A stretch of 64,000 nucleotides of DNA. It comes from Isurus oxyrinchus. Its lineage: Eukaryota. Within the stretch, counting starts at the first letter, position 1. Each line of letters starts with the position of its first letter. This document shows, one piece after another, positions 12,301 through 25,034 of this stretch. The stretch spans positions 1,054,001 through 1,118,000 of the forward strand of contig JANJGN010000140.1 of assembly GCA_026770705.1 (NCBI GenBank), written 5' to 3'. A program made the translations under genes and the position numbers. The notes beneath the pieces are model-generated. The model saw only the letters and a list, made by a program, of their open reading frames with translations. It was not told the DNA's origin and searched no databases.

Positions 12301-12552
12301 CTCAGTGCTCACCCTCTGACAGTGCAGCACTCCCTTAGTACTGACACTCTGACAGTGCAGCACGCCCTCATTACTGACTCTCCAACAGTGCAGCTCCCCA
12401 TTGGTACTGACCTTCCGACAGTGCAGCACTCCCTCATTACTGACTCTTCAAAAGTGCAGCTCTCCCTCACTTCTGCGTCTCTGATAGTGCAGTGCTCCCT
12501 CAGTGCTTACTCTCCAACAGTGCAGCGCTCCCTCAGTACAGACCCTCCCTCA
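12284..12552 (+). repeat. 33-bp minisatellite, ~8 copies, expanded from the SINE end
   Basis: Unit acagtgcagcactccctcagtactgaccctctg. Confidence 0.9.
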
Positions 12553-12554
12553 GT

Positions 12555-13762
12555 TGGTAGAAATGGATTTTGATTCATGGGCCACTAGCACCAACAATGG
12601 GGAAAGAGGAAACCATAGCATTGGGGTGGCCTTCACTTGAACCACACTGGGATCAGTGCCCAGGTGAATCACATAGATAGGGCTGTAGAGTGGGCTCTAA
12701 ACTAAATAGTGGAGGAGGGGGCAGGTTTGGGATGAAGGGAAAGTTAGAAAGTTGACGGGAAAGGACAAGGCAATAGTGCAGGCTAGCAATATGGGTAATG
12801 ATAACCAGAGTGTGATAGGAAGGAACAGAATGTACAAATATAAGAGTGCAACAGCAAGCAGGGTCAGAGTAGGGAAAAATGACAGAAAGACAGATTTAAA
12901 AGCTCTTTATCTGAATGCTTCAGCATTTGTAACAAGATGTATGAATTGATGGAACAATTAGAAATAAAGGTGTATGATATCACAGCCAATACAGGGATGT
13001 GTATGCAACGTTCTTAAGGCAAGGGGCTGAATATTCAGGAGTATTTGACATTTCTGAAGGATAGAACAAAATGAAAAAGTCACGGGTTAGGTATAGTAAT
13101 AAAGGCTGAAATCAGCACAGTCATGAGAAATTATCTTGGCTCAGAAGATGAAGATGTGGAATCAGCTTGTTTGGAGATAATACAAGTGAGACCAAGAAGC
13201 CACTGTTGGGAGTATTTTATATGTCATCGAACAGTAGTGATGTGGTAGGATTGATAGTAACAGAAGAAAACATGGGGACTTGTGAGAAAAGTACTTCAAT
13301 AATCATGAGTAAGTGTAAATTTGCTTATAAATTGGACAAAGCGAATTGACGGAGGATGAGTTCATTGAATATAATCAGGACAGTTTAATCCAAAAATATA
13401 TTCTAGAACTAATGAGGAAACAGGCAAGTAAATGTGTAATGAGGCAGAATTAGGAATGATTTCATACTAAAACATCATCTAGTCAAGAGTGATCATAACA
13501 TGAAAGAATGTTACATTCAATTTGACGATGAGGAACCTCTAGGTCTGAAACTGGGTCTTAAAGTTAAATAAAGGCAACGATAAAGGGATGAACTCAGAGG
13601 TTGGCTGCAGTGGACCGGAACAATATGTTGAAAGATAAGGCTGTAGATCGGGAGTGGCAGATATTTAATTCATAACTCTGAACAACAATGTATTCCATTG
13701 ACAAAGAATGACTCTATGAGAAGGATGCACAATCCATAGTTAACTAAGAAACTTAAGTATGG
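12555..13762 (+). mobile_element. Old CR1 LINE, ORF1 end and ORF2 endonuclease region, degenerate
   Basis: LKALYLNA.S..NK endonuclease N-terminal motif near 12895; many stops. Confidence 0.65.
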
Positions 13763-13764
13763 CC

Positions 13765-15229
13765 ACGGGGGTGGTGCCAGAGGACTGGAGAACAGCTAAT
13801 GTGGTTCCGCTATATAAGAAGGGTTGTAGAGATAAGCCAGGGAACTACAGGCTAGTGAATATCACGTCAGTGGTAGGGAAACTATTGGAGAAAGCTCTGG
13901 AGGAGAGTGCCTATCTCTACGTGGAGAGGTAAGGTTTGATCAGGGATAGTTAGCATGGCTTTGTCAGAGGGACGTCATGTCAAACAAATTTGATTGAATT
14001 TTTTGAGGAGGTGTCCAGGTGTGTCAATGAGGGTAGTGTAGTTGATGCAGTTTATATGGATTTCAGCAACACCTTTGACAAGGTTCCACATGGGAGACTT
14101 ATAAAGAAGGCAAATACACATAGGATACAGGGTAATTTGATAAGGTGGATTCAAAATTGGCTTAGTTGTAGGAGACAAAGGGTGATGACAGAAGGATGCT
14201 TTAGTGACTGGAAGCCAAGGTCCAGTGGCGTATCACAGGGATCTGTGCTGGGTCCCCTATTATTCATGATTTATATAAATGACATAGATGACTATGTAGG
14301 AGGTTAGTTTAGTAAGTTTGTGGATGACACAAAGATTGGCTGGGTGGTTAAAAGTGAGGTTGAGTGTCTTGGACTACAGGAAGATATATATGGGATGGTC
14401 AAATGGGCAGATAAGTGGCAGATGGAATTTAACCCTGAAAAGTGCGAGGTGATACACTTTGGAAGGAGTAATTTCACAAAGAAGTATTCAATGAACTGCG
14501 TCACACTAGGAAGTTCTGAGGAACAAAGGGACCTTGGCATGTGTGTCCATAGATCTTTGAAGGCACAGGGGCATGTTAGTGGGATGGTGAAAAAGGCATA
14601 TGGGACGCTTGCCTTCATCAATCGAGGCATAGATTACAAAAGTAGGGAGGTCATGTTGGAGTTGTATAGAACCTTAGTGAGGCCACAGCTGTGTGCAGTT
14701 CTGGTTGCCACATTATAGGAAGGATCTGATTGCACTGGACGGGGTGCAGAAGAGATTCACCAGGATGTTGCCTAGGATGAAACATTTAAGTTATGAAGAG
14801 AGGTTGAATAGACTTGGGTTGTTTTCGTTGGAGCAGAGAAGACTGAGGGGCCACCTTATCGAGTGTACAAGATTATGAGGGGCACGGACAGGGTGGATAG
14901 GGAGCAGCTGTTCCCCTTAGTTCAAGGGTCAGTCACGAGGGGACATAAGTTCAAGGTGAGGGGCAGGAGGTCTAGGGGGAATGTGAAGAAAAACATTTTT
15001 ACCCAGAGGGTGGTGACGGTCTGGAATGCGTTGCCTGGGAGGGTGGTGGAGGCAGGTTGCCTAACATCCTTTAAAAAGTACCCGGATGAGCACTTGGCAC
15101 GTCATAACATTCAAGGCAATGGGCCAAGTGCTGATAAATGGGATTAGGTAGGTAGGTCAGGTGTTTCTCACGTGTCGGTGCAGACTTGATGGGCCAAAGG
15201 GCCTCTTCTGCACTGTATGATTCTGTGAT
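13765..15229 (+). mobile_element. Young CR1 LINE, 5'-truncated RT region
   Basis: VPEDWRTANV, VYMDFS..FDKVPH, GSVLGPLLF, DDTK, QFW.PHYRKD; (ATTCTGTG) tail; frameshifted. Confidence 0.95.
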
Positions 15230-15231
15230 GA

Positions 15232-15402
15232 ATCACCAGGACATTCACACTACGTAAAGGCCATTTGTCTGTTCAATCATAAGATTGAATTCACTGATTC
15301 ATCCAATCTCCAGCGGCACTTCACACTGGGCTGAGGCTGTTCACCTGCTCCATGTGTCGGAAAGGATTCACTCAGTCATTTAAACTTCCAACACATCAGC
15401 GA
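15232..15402 (+). pseudogene. Short zinc-finger remnant
   Basis: HTGLRLFTCSMCRKGFTQSFKLPTHQR, preceded by a damaged finger, truncated by a CR1 on the left and (TG)n on the right. Confidence 0.7.
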
Positions 15403-15619
15403 AGTGTGTGTGTGTGTGTGTCTGAGTATGTGTGTGTGCATGTGTATGAGTTTGTGTGCCTGTGTGTGCTGCTTCTCATTAGCTGTAACACAAACCATCT
15501 TCTCCAAGCAGATGATGTTCCATCGAGCGATTTGAATGGTACCATTCAGGGATTCCTCATACAGGGTGAAACCACAGGCTGACCACGTCCTGTGTAAATC
15601 CTGACATCTGCACAACCAG

Positions 15620-15845
15620 TAAAATAAAAGCAAAATACTCGGATGCTGAAAATCTGAAATAAAAACAGAAAATGCTGGAAAAAACTCAGCAGGGCTGGCA
15701 GAATCTGTGTAGAGAGAAACAAAGTAAACGTTTCGAGTCCATATGATGCTTTGAAGAAGTCATATGGATTCAAAACGTTAACTCTGCCTCTCTCTCCACA
15801 GATGCTGCTAGACTTGCTGAGTTTTTCCAGCATTTTCTGTTTTTA
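15620..15845. mobile_element. Palindromic Penelope-terminus-derived element
   Basis: Inverted arms 15661-15746 and 15760-15844 of the same unit found single-copy at ~1105-1200, 16800-16937, 18113-18210, 27350-27440, 28330-28417 and at the 3' end of the GIY-YIG fragment (39440-39538). Confidence 0.75.
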
Positions 15846-15954
15846 GCTGCACAACCAGACCTCACTTCTCCTGGAACAACATTAAGAGTCTGTTGTTTTC
15901 CAGATACCTTTCTTTCCCCTCACTATGACCCTCAGATTGTTCACAGCTTCCTTG

Positions 15955-16576
15955 TGTGCATCATCCTCCAGAAACTGAACGGGACTAGCCATATAAATAC
16001 AGTGGTGACAAGAGCAGGTCAGAGGCTGGGAACTCTGTCTCCCCAAAGCCTGTCCATATTCTACAAGGCACAAGTCAGGAATGTAATGGAATACTCTCCA
16101 CTTGCCTGGATGAGTGCAACTCCAAAAACATTCAAGATTTTCCACACCTTCCAGCCTGCTTGATTGATAGCCCACCCACCACCTTCAACATTCACTCCGT
16201 CCACCACCAATGCACAATGGCAGCAATGTGTACCATCTACAAGATGCACCACAGCAACTCACGAAGGCTCCTTTGACAACACCTTCCAAGCCTGTGACTT
16301 CTACTACCTAGGACAAGGGCAGCAGATGCATGGATATACCACCACCTGGAAGTTCCCCTCCAAGCCATTCACCATCTTGATTTGGAAATATACCACCGTT
16401 CCCTCACTGTCATTTGGTCAAAACCCTGGAACTCCCTCCCTAACAGCACTGTGGGTGTACCTACACCACATGGACTGCAACAGTTCAATATGTTGGCTCA
16501 CCACCACTTCTTCAAGAGCAGTTAGGGATGGGCAATAAATACTTAATGCTAAAATCCCATTAATGAATAAAAAAAT
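15955..16576 (+). mobile_element. CR1-clade LINE 3' fragment (same family as 7929-8565)
   Basis: LSIFYKAQVRNVMEYSPLAWMSA peptide; GTTAGGGATGGGCAATAAA tail. Confidence 0.85.
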
Positions 16577-17319
16577 GTCCAATGTCTCCACTTTGAACAC
16601 TTTCATTGGTCTTACTAACAGATAGCAATGGGATTGCTGCTCTCACAGGATTCAGTTCTGAAAAACTGCCACTCTGACTTTAAGGCTTCCTGGAGTAAGG
16701 TACTAATCCAGATCTTCCCACCGAAAACCAAACCACATCCCTATCCGAGTTCCAGATTTTAAATTGATTATTTAACATAGAAAACATATATAATTTAATT
16801 CAGTTCTGAAGAAGGGTCATATTGGATTCAAAACATTAACTCTGTTTCTTTTTTCACAGATGCTGCCAGAACTGCTGAGTTTTTCCAGCACTTATATTTT
16901 TATTTCAGACTTCCAGCATCCTCAGTAATTTGCTTTTACATATCTTTTAACCCCTTAAGGTCTGATTGTTAATTTCTGTTAGCACTGCCAGAGATTGTCT
17001 TTGACATCAGTTGTTTCTTTATAATCTGTGTTGTTTTGAAAGTCACCCTTATCCCTAACCTGTCCTAACCTGTCTTGCCAGTTCATTTATTGAAACCAGG
17101 GACTCTCCTTGGTCTGAAGGTGACATTCCCTCTCTGCCCAGTTATTGCTTTAAGTCAGCCCTTGAATTGATTGTGCTTTTATCCTCATGTTACCGCAGTT
17201 CACTAAAAAATGTTGAAATGTTCTTCACACCCACAGGGTTTCATCTGTTTAAAGCCACAAACGGAAAGGTGCAGTTTTCTCCTGGAGTTTGAGACAAATC
17301 AGCTTCCAAAATGATGCAG

Positions 17320-17790
17320 TTTCAGCCAATGAGGGAGATCTGGGCTTAGCCCCGCCCCTCTTTCACTCCGATTGGTTAGTCTCCGACACAGTCCCGCCCC
17401 CTCTTCCTATTGGTCCGCAGCTGCCGTCAACCAGACGGGCAGTGATTTGGAGCATGCGCAGTGCGAGTGACGTCATTGGACGGACGCTTGTTTGTTGCAT
17501 TTTCAGGCGGTGAGTTTTAGACCACACTGTGGCGGTATTAGGGGCCGTGGGTGGGCGGAAAGGTTTCATAAACACCCATTGTAGGCGAGAAATGCCAACC
17601 AAGAGGCTATCGGCCTGCGGCTACACCGAGCGGCATCTATGGGCCCTTCCCCGGTTTTGAAACCCGGGGTAACGGGTCCACCTTTATCGGGGGGCGCAAA
17701 GAGCAGCAGGACGCATGCGCAGTCATCATCTTTCGAGGGGGCAACTTGTAGCAAGGCGCATGCGCTGTCATCACCGTCTCTGGCTGTAGG
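17320..17790 (+). promoter_or_regulatory. CpG-rich promoter of the plus-strand ZNF gene
   Basis: CCAAT boxes, GC boxes (CCCGCCCC ~17351, ~17393), perfect CRE TGACGTCA 17468-17475, NRF1-type GCATGCGC motifs (17452, 17713, 17756), candidate exon-1 donor GTGAGT at 17510. Confidence 0.75.
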
Positions 17791-18512
17791 AACATGTGAA
17801 TGAGGAGCAGACCTTTCGTCCCCACCAGCGTGCTCCGCCATTCAATAAGATAATGGCTGAACTGATTGTAACCTAAACCCCACATTCCTGCCTACCCCTG
17901 ATAACCTTCCACCCTCTTTGCTTGTTAGGAATCTATGTAGCTCTGCCTTAAAAGTAAAAGACTGCTTCCACCGCCTTTTGAGGAAGAGAGCTCCAAAGAC
18001 TCTCAACCCTCTGAGTGAAAAAAACTCCTCATCAGTGACCCCTAATTCTAGATTCTCCCACAAGAGGAAACATCCTCTCCACATCCACCTTGTCAAGGCC
18101 CCTCAAGATCTTGAACAAAAATGAAAATACCTGGAAAAACTCAGCAGCTCTGACAGCATCTGTAGAGGGGGATACAGTTGATGTTTCAAGTCCGTATGAC
18201 CCTTCATCAGACCCTCCCCTCGGGATCTTAAAAGTTTCAATCAAGTCCCCTCTTACTCTCCTAAACTTCAGTGGACACAAGCCTCGCCTGTCCAACCTTT
18301 CCTCTTAAGGTAATCTGCCCATTCTTGATATTAATCTGGTAAACCTTCTCGGAACTGCTTCTAATGCATATATATCCTTCTTCAAATACTCTACACTACA
18401 AGATCTCTCATGGGTGTCCCGTACAACTGAAGCATAACCTCCCTACTTTTGTATGCGATTTCCCTCACAATAAACAATAAAGTTCTGTTAGCTTTCCTAA
18501 CTACTTGCTTAC
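17790..18512 (-). mobile_element. CR1 3' fragment with nested Penelope-derived insert (18113-18215)
   Basis: GLCPLKFRRVRGDLIETFKI...LRGLDKVDVERMFPLVGESR; insert flanked by cccctcaagatctt (18099-18112) and cccctcgggatctt (18216-18229). Confidence 0.8.
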
Positions 18513-19007
18513 CTGAGAGAATGTGGTGAATTCCTATCCTGGACTGACAGGGATGGATTTTGCAAACTCCCTTTCCGGGGGTTAAATGGGAAAGATTTAC
18601 ACACAGCAAACTCAAATCGAGAGATATGTTTGTCAACTAGGTCTTTAAATTCTGATTGTGTTGGGCAGGTAGACGTGGACAGAATGTTTCCACTTGCAGG
18701 TCTAACCAATACTGGGGGTCATGAATACACAATAGACACAAATAAATCCAAGAAGAACACAGGAGATATATGGTTCCTCAGACAGCTATGAAAATGTGGA
18801 ACTCAGTACTACTGGATGTGGTCAAGAAAAATAACAGATATTTTTAGAAGGAAACTAGATGAGAACATGGGAGAAAAGGGATTAGAAAGATGAGCTGAAA
18901 GCCTGAGATGGGATTGGCAGAATGGGGGAGACTTGTGTGGACTAGAAACTCCAGTACAAACTGGATAGACTGAATGGCCTGTTTGTAACTTACTTTACAG
19001 GATAATA

Positions 19008-20628
19008 GAGGAGGAGGATTTGCAGTCAGATAAAGCAAACCAAACCTCATGTCTGACAGGGTCAATCGGTTCATTGGAATCTGAAGATTCATACATCTGA
19101 AAGGATTTAATTGACTGCCTCAGCTGGAAACTGGTGAGAGGCTGCTTACCTGCTCCTCCTGTAGGAAGGGATTGATGGAGCTGGTAAACATGCTGACACG
19201 ACAGCGAACTCACAATAGCGAGAGACCGTTCACCTGCTCAGTGTATGGGAAGAAATTCATGTGTTCATCCAACCGGCTGGCACACCAGCTTGATCACATT
19301 TATGAGGATCCTCTTCAATACTCTGACTCTGAGAAAAGCTTTGAAATCTGCAAGGAACTGGCCCAACACCAGCAAGTTCACACTTACGAGAGACCGTTCA
19401 GCTGCTCCCACTGTGGGAAGAGGTTCAGGCTGTCCTCCTGCCTCGTGGAGCACCAGCTCCTTCACACACACGAGAGGCCGTTCAGCTGCTCCCAGTGTGG
19501 GAAGAGATTCGCTCAGTCCTTCCACTACACTGAGCACCAATTGGTCCACTCAGAAAAGAGACCTTTTAAATGTACTGAATGTGAGAAGACCTTCAAAAGA
19601 AGCATTAATTTGCTGAGACAACGGTGCATTCACACTGGGGAGAGGCCGTTCCCCTGCTCCGTGTGTGGGAAGAGATTCACTCATTCAATTCACCTTCTGA
19701 CACACAAGCGTGTTCACACCAGGGAGAGGCCATTCCTCTGCTCTGTGTGTGGGAAGACATTCACTCGATTTTCACACCTTTTGACACACGAGAGTATTCA
19801 CACTGGAGAGAGGCCGTTCACCTCCGCATGTAGGAAGGGATTCGTTCAGCCAGCTGACCTGCTGAAGCACCAGTGGGTGCACACTGGGGAGAAGCCATTC
19901 ACTTGCTCGCTGTGTGGGAAGGGATTCACTCGATCCTGCTATCTGCTGAAGCACCAGCGAGTTCACACCGGGGAGAGGCCGTTCCTCTGTTCCATGTGTG
20001 GGAAGAGTTTCCCTCGTTTGTCCCACCTTGTGATACACGAGTGTGTTCACACTGGGGAGAGGCCGTACCTTTGCCCCGTGTGCAAGAAGAGATTTACTTG
20101 TTTACAACACCTGCTGAGACACCGGACTATTCACACTGGGGAGAGGTGGTTCACATGCCCTGTGTGTGGGAAGGGTTTCACTGAGTCATCCAGCCTCCAG
20201 AGACACTGACGCACTCACACTGAGGACAGGCTGTTCACCTGCTCTGTGTGTAACAAGAGATTTGCTCAGTTGTCCTACTACACTGAACACCAACGCGTTC
20301 ACACTGATAAGAGACCTTTTCAATGTTCTGAATGCAGAAAGAGCTTTAAAAGAAGCAATGACCTGCTGAAACACCAATGCACCCTCACCAGGGAGAGCCG
20401 TTCCTCTGTTCCGAGTGTGGGAAGGGATTCGCTCATTCGTTCGGCCTGCTGAGGCATCAATGTACTCACAGCGGGAAGAAGCTGTTCACCTGCTCTGAGT
20501 GTGGGAAAGGATTCATTGATTCATCCCGCCTGCTGAGACACCAGCGAGTTCACACTGGGGAAAAACCGTTCACCTGCTCTGTGTGTGAGAAGCGATTTAC
20601 TCAGTCTTACAGCCTGCTGAAACATTAG
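19008..20628 (+). pseudogene. C2H2 zinc-finger array gene (KRAB-less); main ORF 19172-20209, continuation disrupted
   Basis: Repeated CxxC...HxxxH with TGERPF linkers; acceptor TTTTACAG ~19008; in-frame TGA at 20207-20209 with fingers continuing in the same frame, frameshift ~20380, stop at 20626-20628; several fingers lack a Cys or His. May still make a truncated protein. Confidence 0.85.
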
Positions 20629-20904
20629 TGGCTTCACATGTTACTGACAAAGTTAGAATCGGTTGTTGCTGCTAAGAATCACGTCCAGGACTGAACCTTT
20701 TCTCCTTTCTAACTTTAGATTATTTCAGTTCTCAGACCTTCAGTTACTCCCATAGACAAGTCCCAGCTCCCCATACCTTCCCGAGTGTCTGTCTTAGCCT
20801 TGAGATCCAGGGAAGGTATCAGTAACATGCACTGGATCAGGAAACCCAAACTCAGTCTGTTAATTAGTTCAGCTACTGGACTTAGTGTGTGTACCATAGC
20901 ATCT

Positions 20905-21428
20905 CAAAGAACAAAGAAAAGTACAGCACAGGAACAGGCCCTTCGGCCCTCCAAGCCTGCACCGATCACATTGCCTGTCAACTAAAACATTTTGCATTTC
21001 TGGTGTCCGTATCCCTCTATTCCCATCCTATTCATATATTTGTCAAACTGCCTCTTAAACACCACTATCGTACCTGTTTCCACCACCTCCTCTGGCAGCG
21101 AATTCCAGACACTCACTACCCTCTGCGTAAAAAACTTGCCCCACACATCTCCTCTAAAGTTTACTCCTTTCACCTTAAATCTATGTCCCCTAGTAATTGA
21201 CTCTTCCACCTGGGAAAAAGCTTCTGACTATCTACTGTGTCCATGCCACTCATAATTTTGTAAACTTCTATCAAGTCATCCCTCAATCTCCGTTGTTCTA
21301 GTGAAAACAATCCGAGTTTCTCCAACCCCTCCTCATAGCTAATAACATCCAGACCAGGCAGCATCCTGGTAAACGTCCTCTGCACCCTCTCCAACGCCTC
21401 CATATCCTTCTGGTAATGTGGCGACCAA
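20905..21428 (-). mobile_element. CR1 3' fragment
   Basis: WSPHYQKDMEALERVQRTFTRMLPG...FFTQRVVSVWNSLPEEVV. Confidence 0.9.
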
Positions 21429-21497
21429 TGTGTGACTAGAGCATCACATCTGAAAACCTGGTTTAAATTGAAATCCACTCAGTAAATGTATTGGAGA

Positions 21498-21693
21498 GGA
21501 GCCTGCAGGCTGTTGAGACTCTGTTAGACTGTCAATGTGCTCCTGTACTGCTCTGTATTTAACAGGAGCCTGCAAGCTGATGAGACTCTGTTAAACTGTC
21601 AATGTGCTTCTACACTGCTCTGTATTTAACAGGAGCCTGCAGGCTGATGAAAGTCTCTTAAACTTTCAGTGTGCTCATGTACTGCTCTGTATG
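21498..21693 (+). repeat. 67-bp tandem repeat, 3 copies
   Basis: GGAGCCTGCA starts at 21498, 21565 and 21632. Confidence 0.9.
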
Positions 21694-23103
21694 TGCCTGT
21701 GATGGAAAATGACTGAACCTTTGTCCCAGTGGAACCTTTGCTGTTATGAAATATGGGTGTATATTAATGAGCCTCACATCCTTGCTCATGTCTCCTGCAA
21801 TTGTGTAGAAAGGGGATATGCGTAAAGAGCTGGTCTTTGTATGGAGATGTGAACCAAGGAAACGGTATCTGTGTGTGATAGTGACACAGCCTTGTGCTCA
21901 CAATCAGAGTAATGCACAGATATCCTTGTGGTTATGGTTTGAGCAGGGCCAGATCACGGATGTAGTGAATTCCTTGTGATAAACAATTCCAGGAGTACTG
22001 CTGCTCCTGGAATGTAAAGATAAACTTATACAGTTGTTCTGGATTAAGGGGAAATGATCAAAATCTGCTTGATGAGCCAATCGGGTCGAAGTAGAGAAGC
22101 TATTTCCTCTGGTGGGGGAATTGAGAACAAGGGGACAACATCATCTTAAAAGGCAGGTCAATGGAGTTCGGATAGAAATCAACCCTGACCTAACTGGTGG
22201 AGCAGGTTTGAGGGACTGAATGGCCTCCTCCTATATCTAATGGTGCCTATGACATACTCAGAAATGTCCCTGAGCAGTGAAGGCCCACGGGGCCCCAGCA
22301 CATGCTCAGCAGAAAGCCAGGCCAAACACGAACCCAGCGTGTCCATTCTGAACCAGGTTTGCTGCTCCCTCTATGTCCAGCACTGTCTGCATCCCCTAAC
22401 ATGGAAATGGAATTTCAAAAGAAAGAAAGAATCTGTCAGTGTTTGAAAGACACTTACAAAGAGCTGAAGGGGTTTTCAGAGAGCCAAGATCGTTCCTTAT
22501 TCTTGGGGAGTTGGACATCAGACTGTCACTTGACAATATAGAACTGTATAAAGAGCCGGGTCATCTTTGAAAGCGCTGCCAATTAGTCCCACTCCCCTGC
22601 CCTTTCCCCAGAGCCCTGTAGCTAGAGATTCAATTCTCTTTTGAAAGCTCCTATAGAGTCTGCGTTCACCTTTCAGGCAGTGTGTTCCAAATCACAACTC
22701 GCTCAGTAAAACATCTTTTCTCATCTCCCCTCTGGCTTTTTGCCAATTATTTGATGTGATCGGTTTGCTCTTCACCTTTTGTTAAATTAATTTGCTGAGT
22801 GGATTCAGATTTAAATTTAAACCAGGTTTATAGGTGTGATGGTCTCTTCACACATCGAAGGTGGGAGAGATGCTGTGGGACTATGGTCACTGTTAGAGAA
22901 ATCAAGGGCACAACACATTATTTGTTTGAAATAATGCTGATTTATTTGGCACTTGTCACAACATTAAATTCACACCATTATATGGGGTTATTAACATCAG
23001 CAGAAACAAAGCCCAAATATCAGGATGAACATGGTTCATTCCTGGATGTCATTAACAACAGAATCCAACCCCTGGAGTCACTTGTGAACTCGCTGGTATC
23101 TCA

Positions 23104-23256
<153 letters not shown>

Positions 23257-23835
23257 TCACTGGTGTGCCAGCAGGTTGGATGCGTGAGTGAATCCCTTCC
23301 CACACTCGGAGCAGATGAACGGCCTCTCCCCAGTGTGGCTGCGTTGGTGTATCAGCAGATCCCTTGTGCTTTTAAAGCCAGAATCACAGTCTGAACATTG
23401 AAAAGGTCTCCGATCAGTATGAAGAAGTTGGTGTGATGTGAGGTTAGTTAAACAAGTGAATCCCTTCCCACACAGGGGGCAGGTGAATGGTCTCTCCCCA
23501 GTGTGAACACTGAGATGATCAGTGAGATTGGATGACCGTCCAAATCTCTTCCTGCAGTGAGAGCAACTGAATGGCCTCTCCCCGGTGTGAACTCGCTTGT
23601 GTTCAGTCAGGATAGATGATTTAGTAAAGTCCTTCCCACACACGGAGCAGGTGAATGGTCTCTCCCCAGTGTGAACTCGCTGGTGTGTTAACAAGGTAGA
23701 TAACTGAGTGAATCCTTTCCCGCAATCAGAACAGAGGAACGGTCTCTCCCCAGTGTGACTGCGTCGATGTGTTTCTAGCTTGGATGGATAATTGAATCCC
23801 TTCCCACAGTCCCCACATTTCCATGCTTTCTCCAT
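23257..23835 (-). CDS. C2H2 zinc-finger protein, 192 aa, six complete fingers plus a seventh cut by TGA
   Basis: [14 protein letters not shown] start; TGERPF linkers; exon acceptor TTTTCCAG at ~24186; two more disrupted fingers after the stop (to ~23060). Confidence 0.8.
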   Translation of the reverse strand: MEKAWKCGDCGKGFNYPSKLETHRRSHTGERPFLCSDCGKGFTQLSTLLTHQRVHTGERPFTCSVCGKDFTKSSILTEHKRVHTGERPFSCSHCRKRFGRSSNLTDHLSVHTGERPFTCPLCGKGFTCLTNLTSHQLLHTDRRPFQCSDCDSGFKSTRDLLIHQRSHTGERPFICSECGKGFTHASNLLAHQ

Positions 23836-24509
23836 GGTGCGGGTGTCCTTGTGCTTCTCCAGGTTGAATGATCAGTTGAAGTCTCGTCCACACACAGAAA
23901 AAGGGGTACACTTTCTCTCCGCTGAGAATGGTGTGATTTTTTTTCAGGCTCTGTAACTGGTTAAAGCTCTTTCCAGTCAGTTCACTGGGACACTCACTCG
24001 GGTGTGTGTGTCTCGGTGCTTTTCCAGCCACACTGATGTTTGAAATCTTTTCCTACAGACAAAAATTTCTTGTGCTGCATTCAAAGGCCGATGATATTCA
24101 GGTGCTGATGAATCGAGTGACCGTCAGGTCTTGACGTGATGTTTGATTTGAGTTTCATTTCTGTAAATTTTCCCTGTTTTATGCCCTGGAAAAGGAGTTT
24201 ACAAAGTCATTCCTGTCAGTCCAGGATAGAAATTCAGAGCAGACAATTCTAGTTTCTATGGAATATTTTTTCCTCTCTAGTTCCCCCAAAGCTGTAAGTC
24301 CCCACCCCACACACTCTCCCTCCTCCCTGGGCTGAAATCCAAACCCATGTCACCATCTCCAGCATTTCTTTCCTCCACTCCCAGTTTTCTCCCTCTCTAT
24401 CCTCTCGCTGGGTTCAGTTCTCCAGCTCCTGTCTGCAGAGTGAGAATAAAATAAATGAGTCAATTATTTTCTTTCCTGGTCACTGGGACTGTGACTCGCT
24501 TCAGCCCCA

Positions 24510-24945
24510 CAAAGAGCACCATTTACAGCAGGGAGAAACCAGATATGTGTTCTGTGCATAGTCAAGGCTTCACTGATCATCTCTTTTGTTAAAACACAAG
24601 TACAATCACACTGGGGAGGAACTGTGTCCATGCAGGGATCTTGAAAGCAATTCAATTATCTGTCAGATCTGGAAACTCAATGCCACAGTCACACAGGGTA
24701 GAGGCTGTTCTCCTGCACTGAGTGTGGGAAAGGATTTATATCACACTTTCAGTCACAGCAGGGAGTGCACACTTACAAGAGACTGTTTAAATGTTCTGAC
24801 TGCAAGAAGAGATTCAAAAGCACAAGGGATCTGCTGAAACACCAGCGAGTTCATACTGGGGAGGGTCTGTTCACCTGCTCCGTGTGTGAAAAGAGCTTCA
24901 CTCATTAATCTAACCTGCAGGCCAACCAGGGAGTTGACAAGTGAC
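24510..24945 (+). pseudogene. Degenerate zinc-finger gene remnant
   Basis: Fragmentary [44 protein letters not shown] with stops and frameshifts. Confidence 0.8.
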
Positions 24946-25034
24946 AGCAGGGGTTGGATTCTGCTGTTATTGCTGCTTTAATCACATTGAGGACTGAACC
25001 ATGTTGACTTTGACATTGGGGTTTATTTCTGCTG

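Noticed and set aside
12555-15229. A single near-full-length active CR1
   Set aside because: The 5' part is heavily decayed and the 3' part is a younger, separately truncated, frameshifted copy
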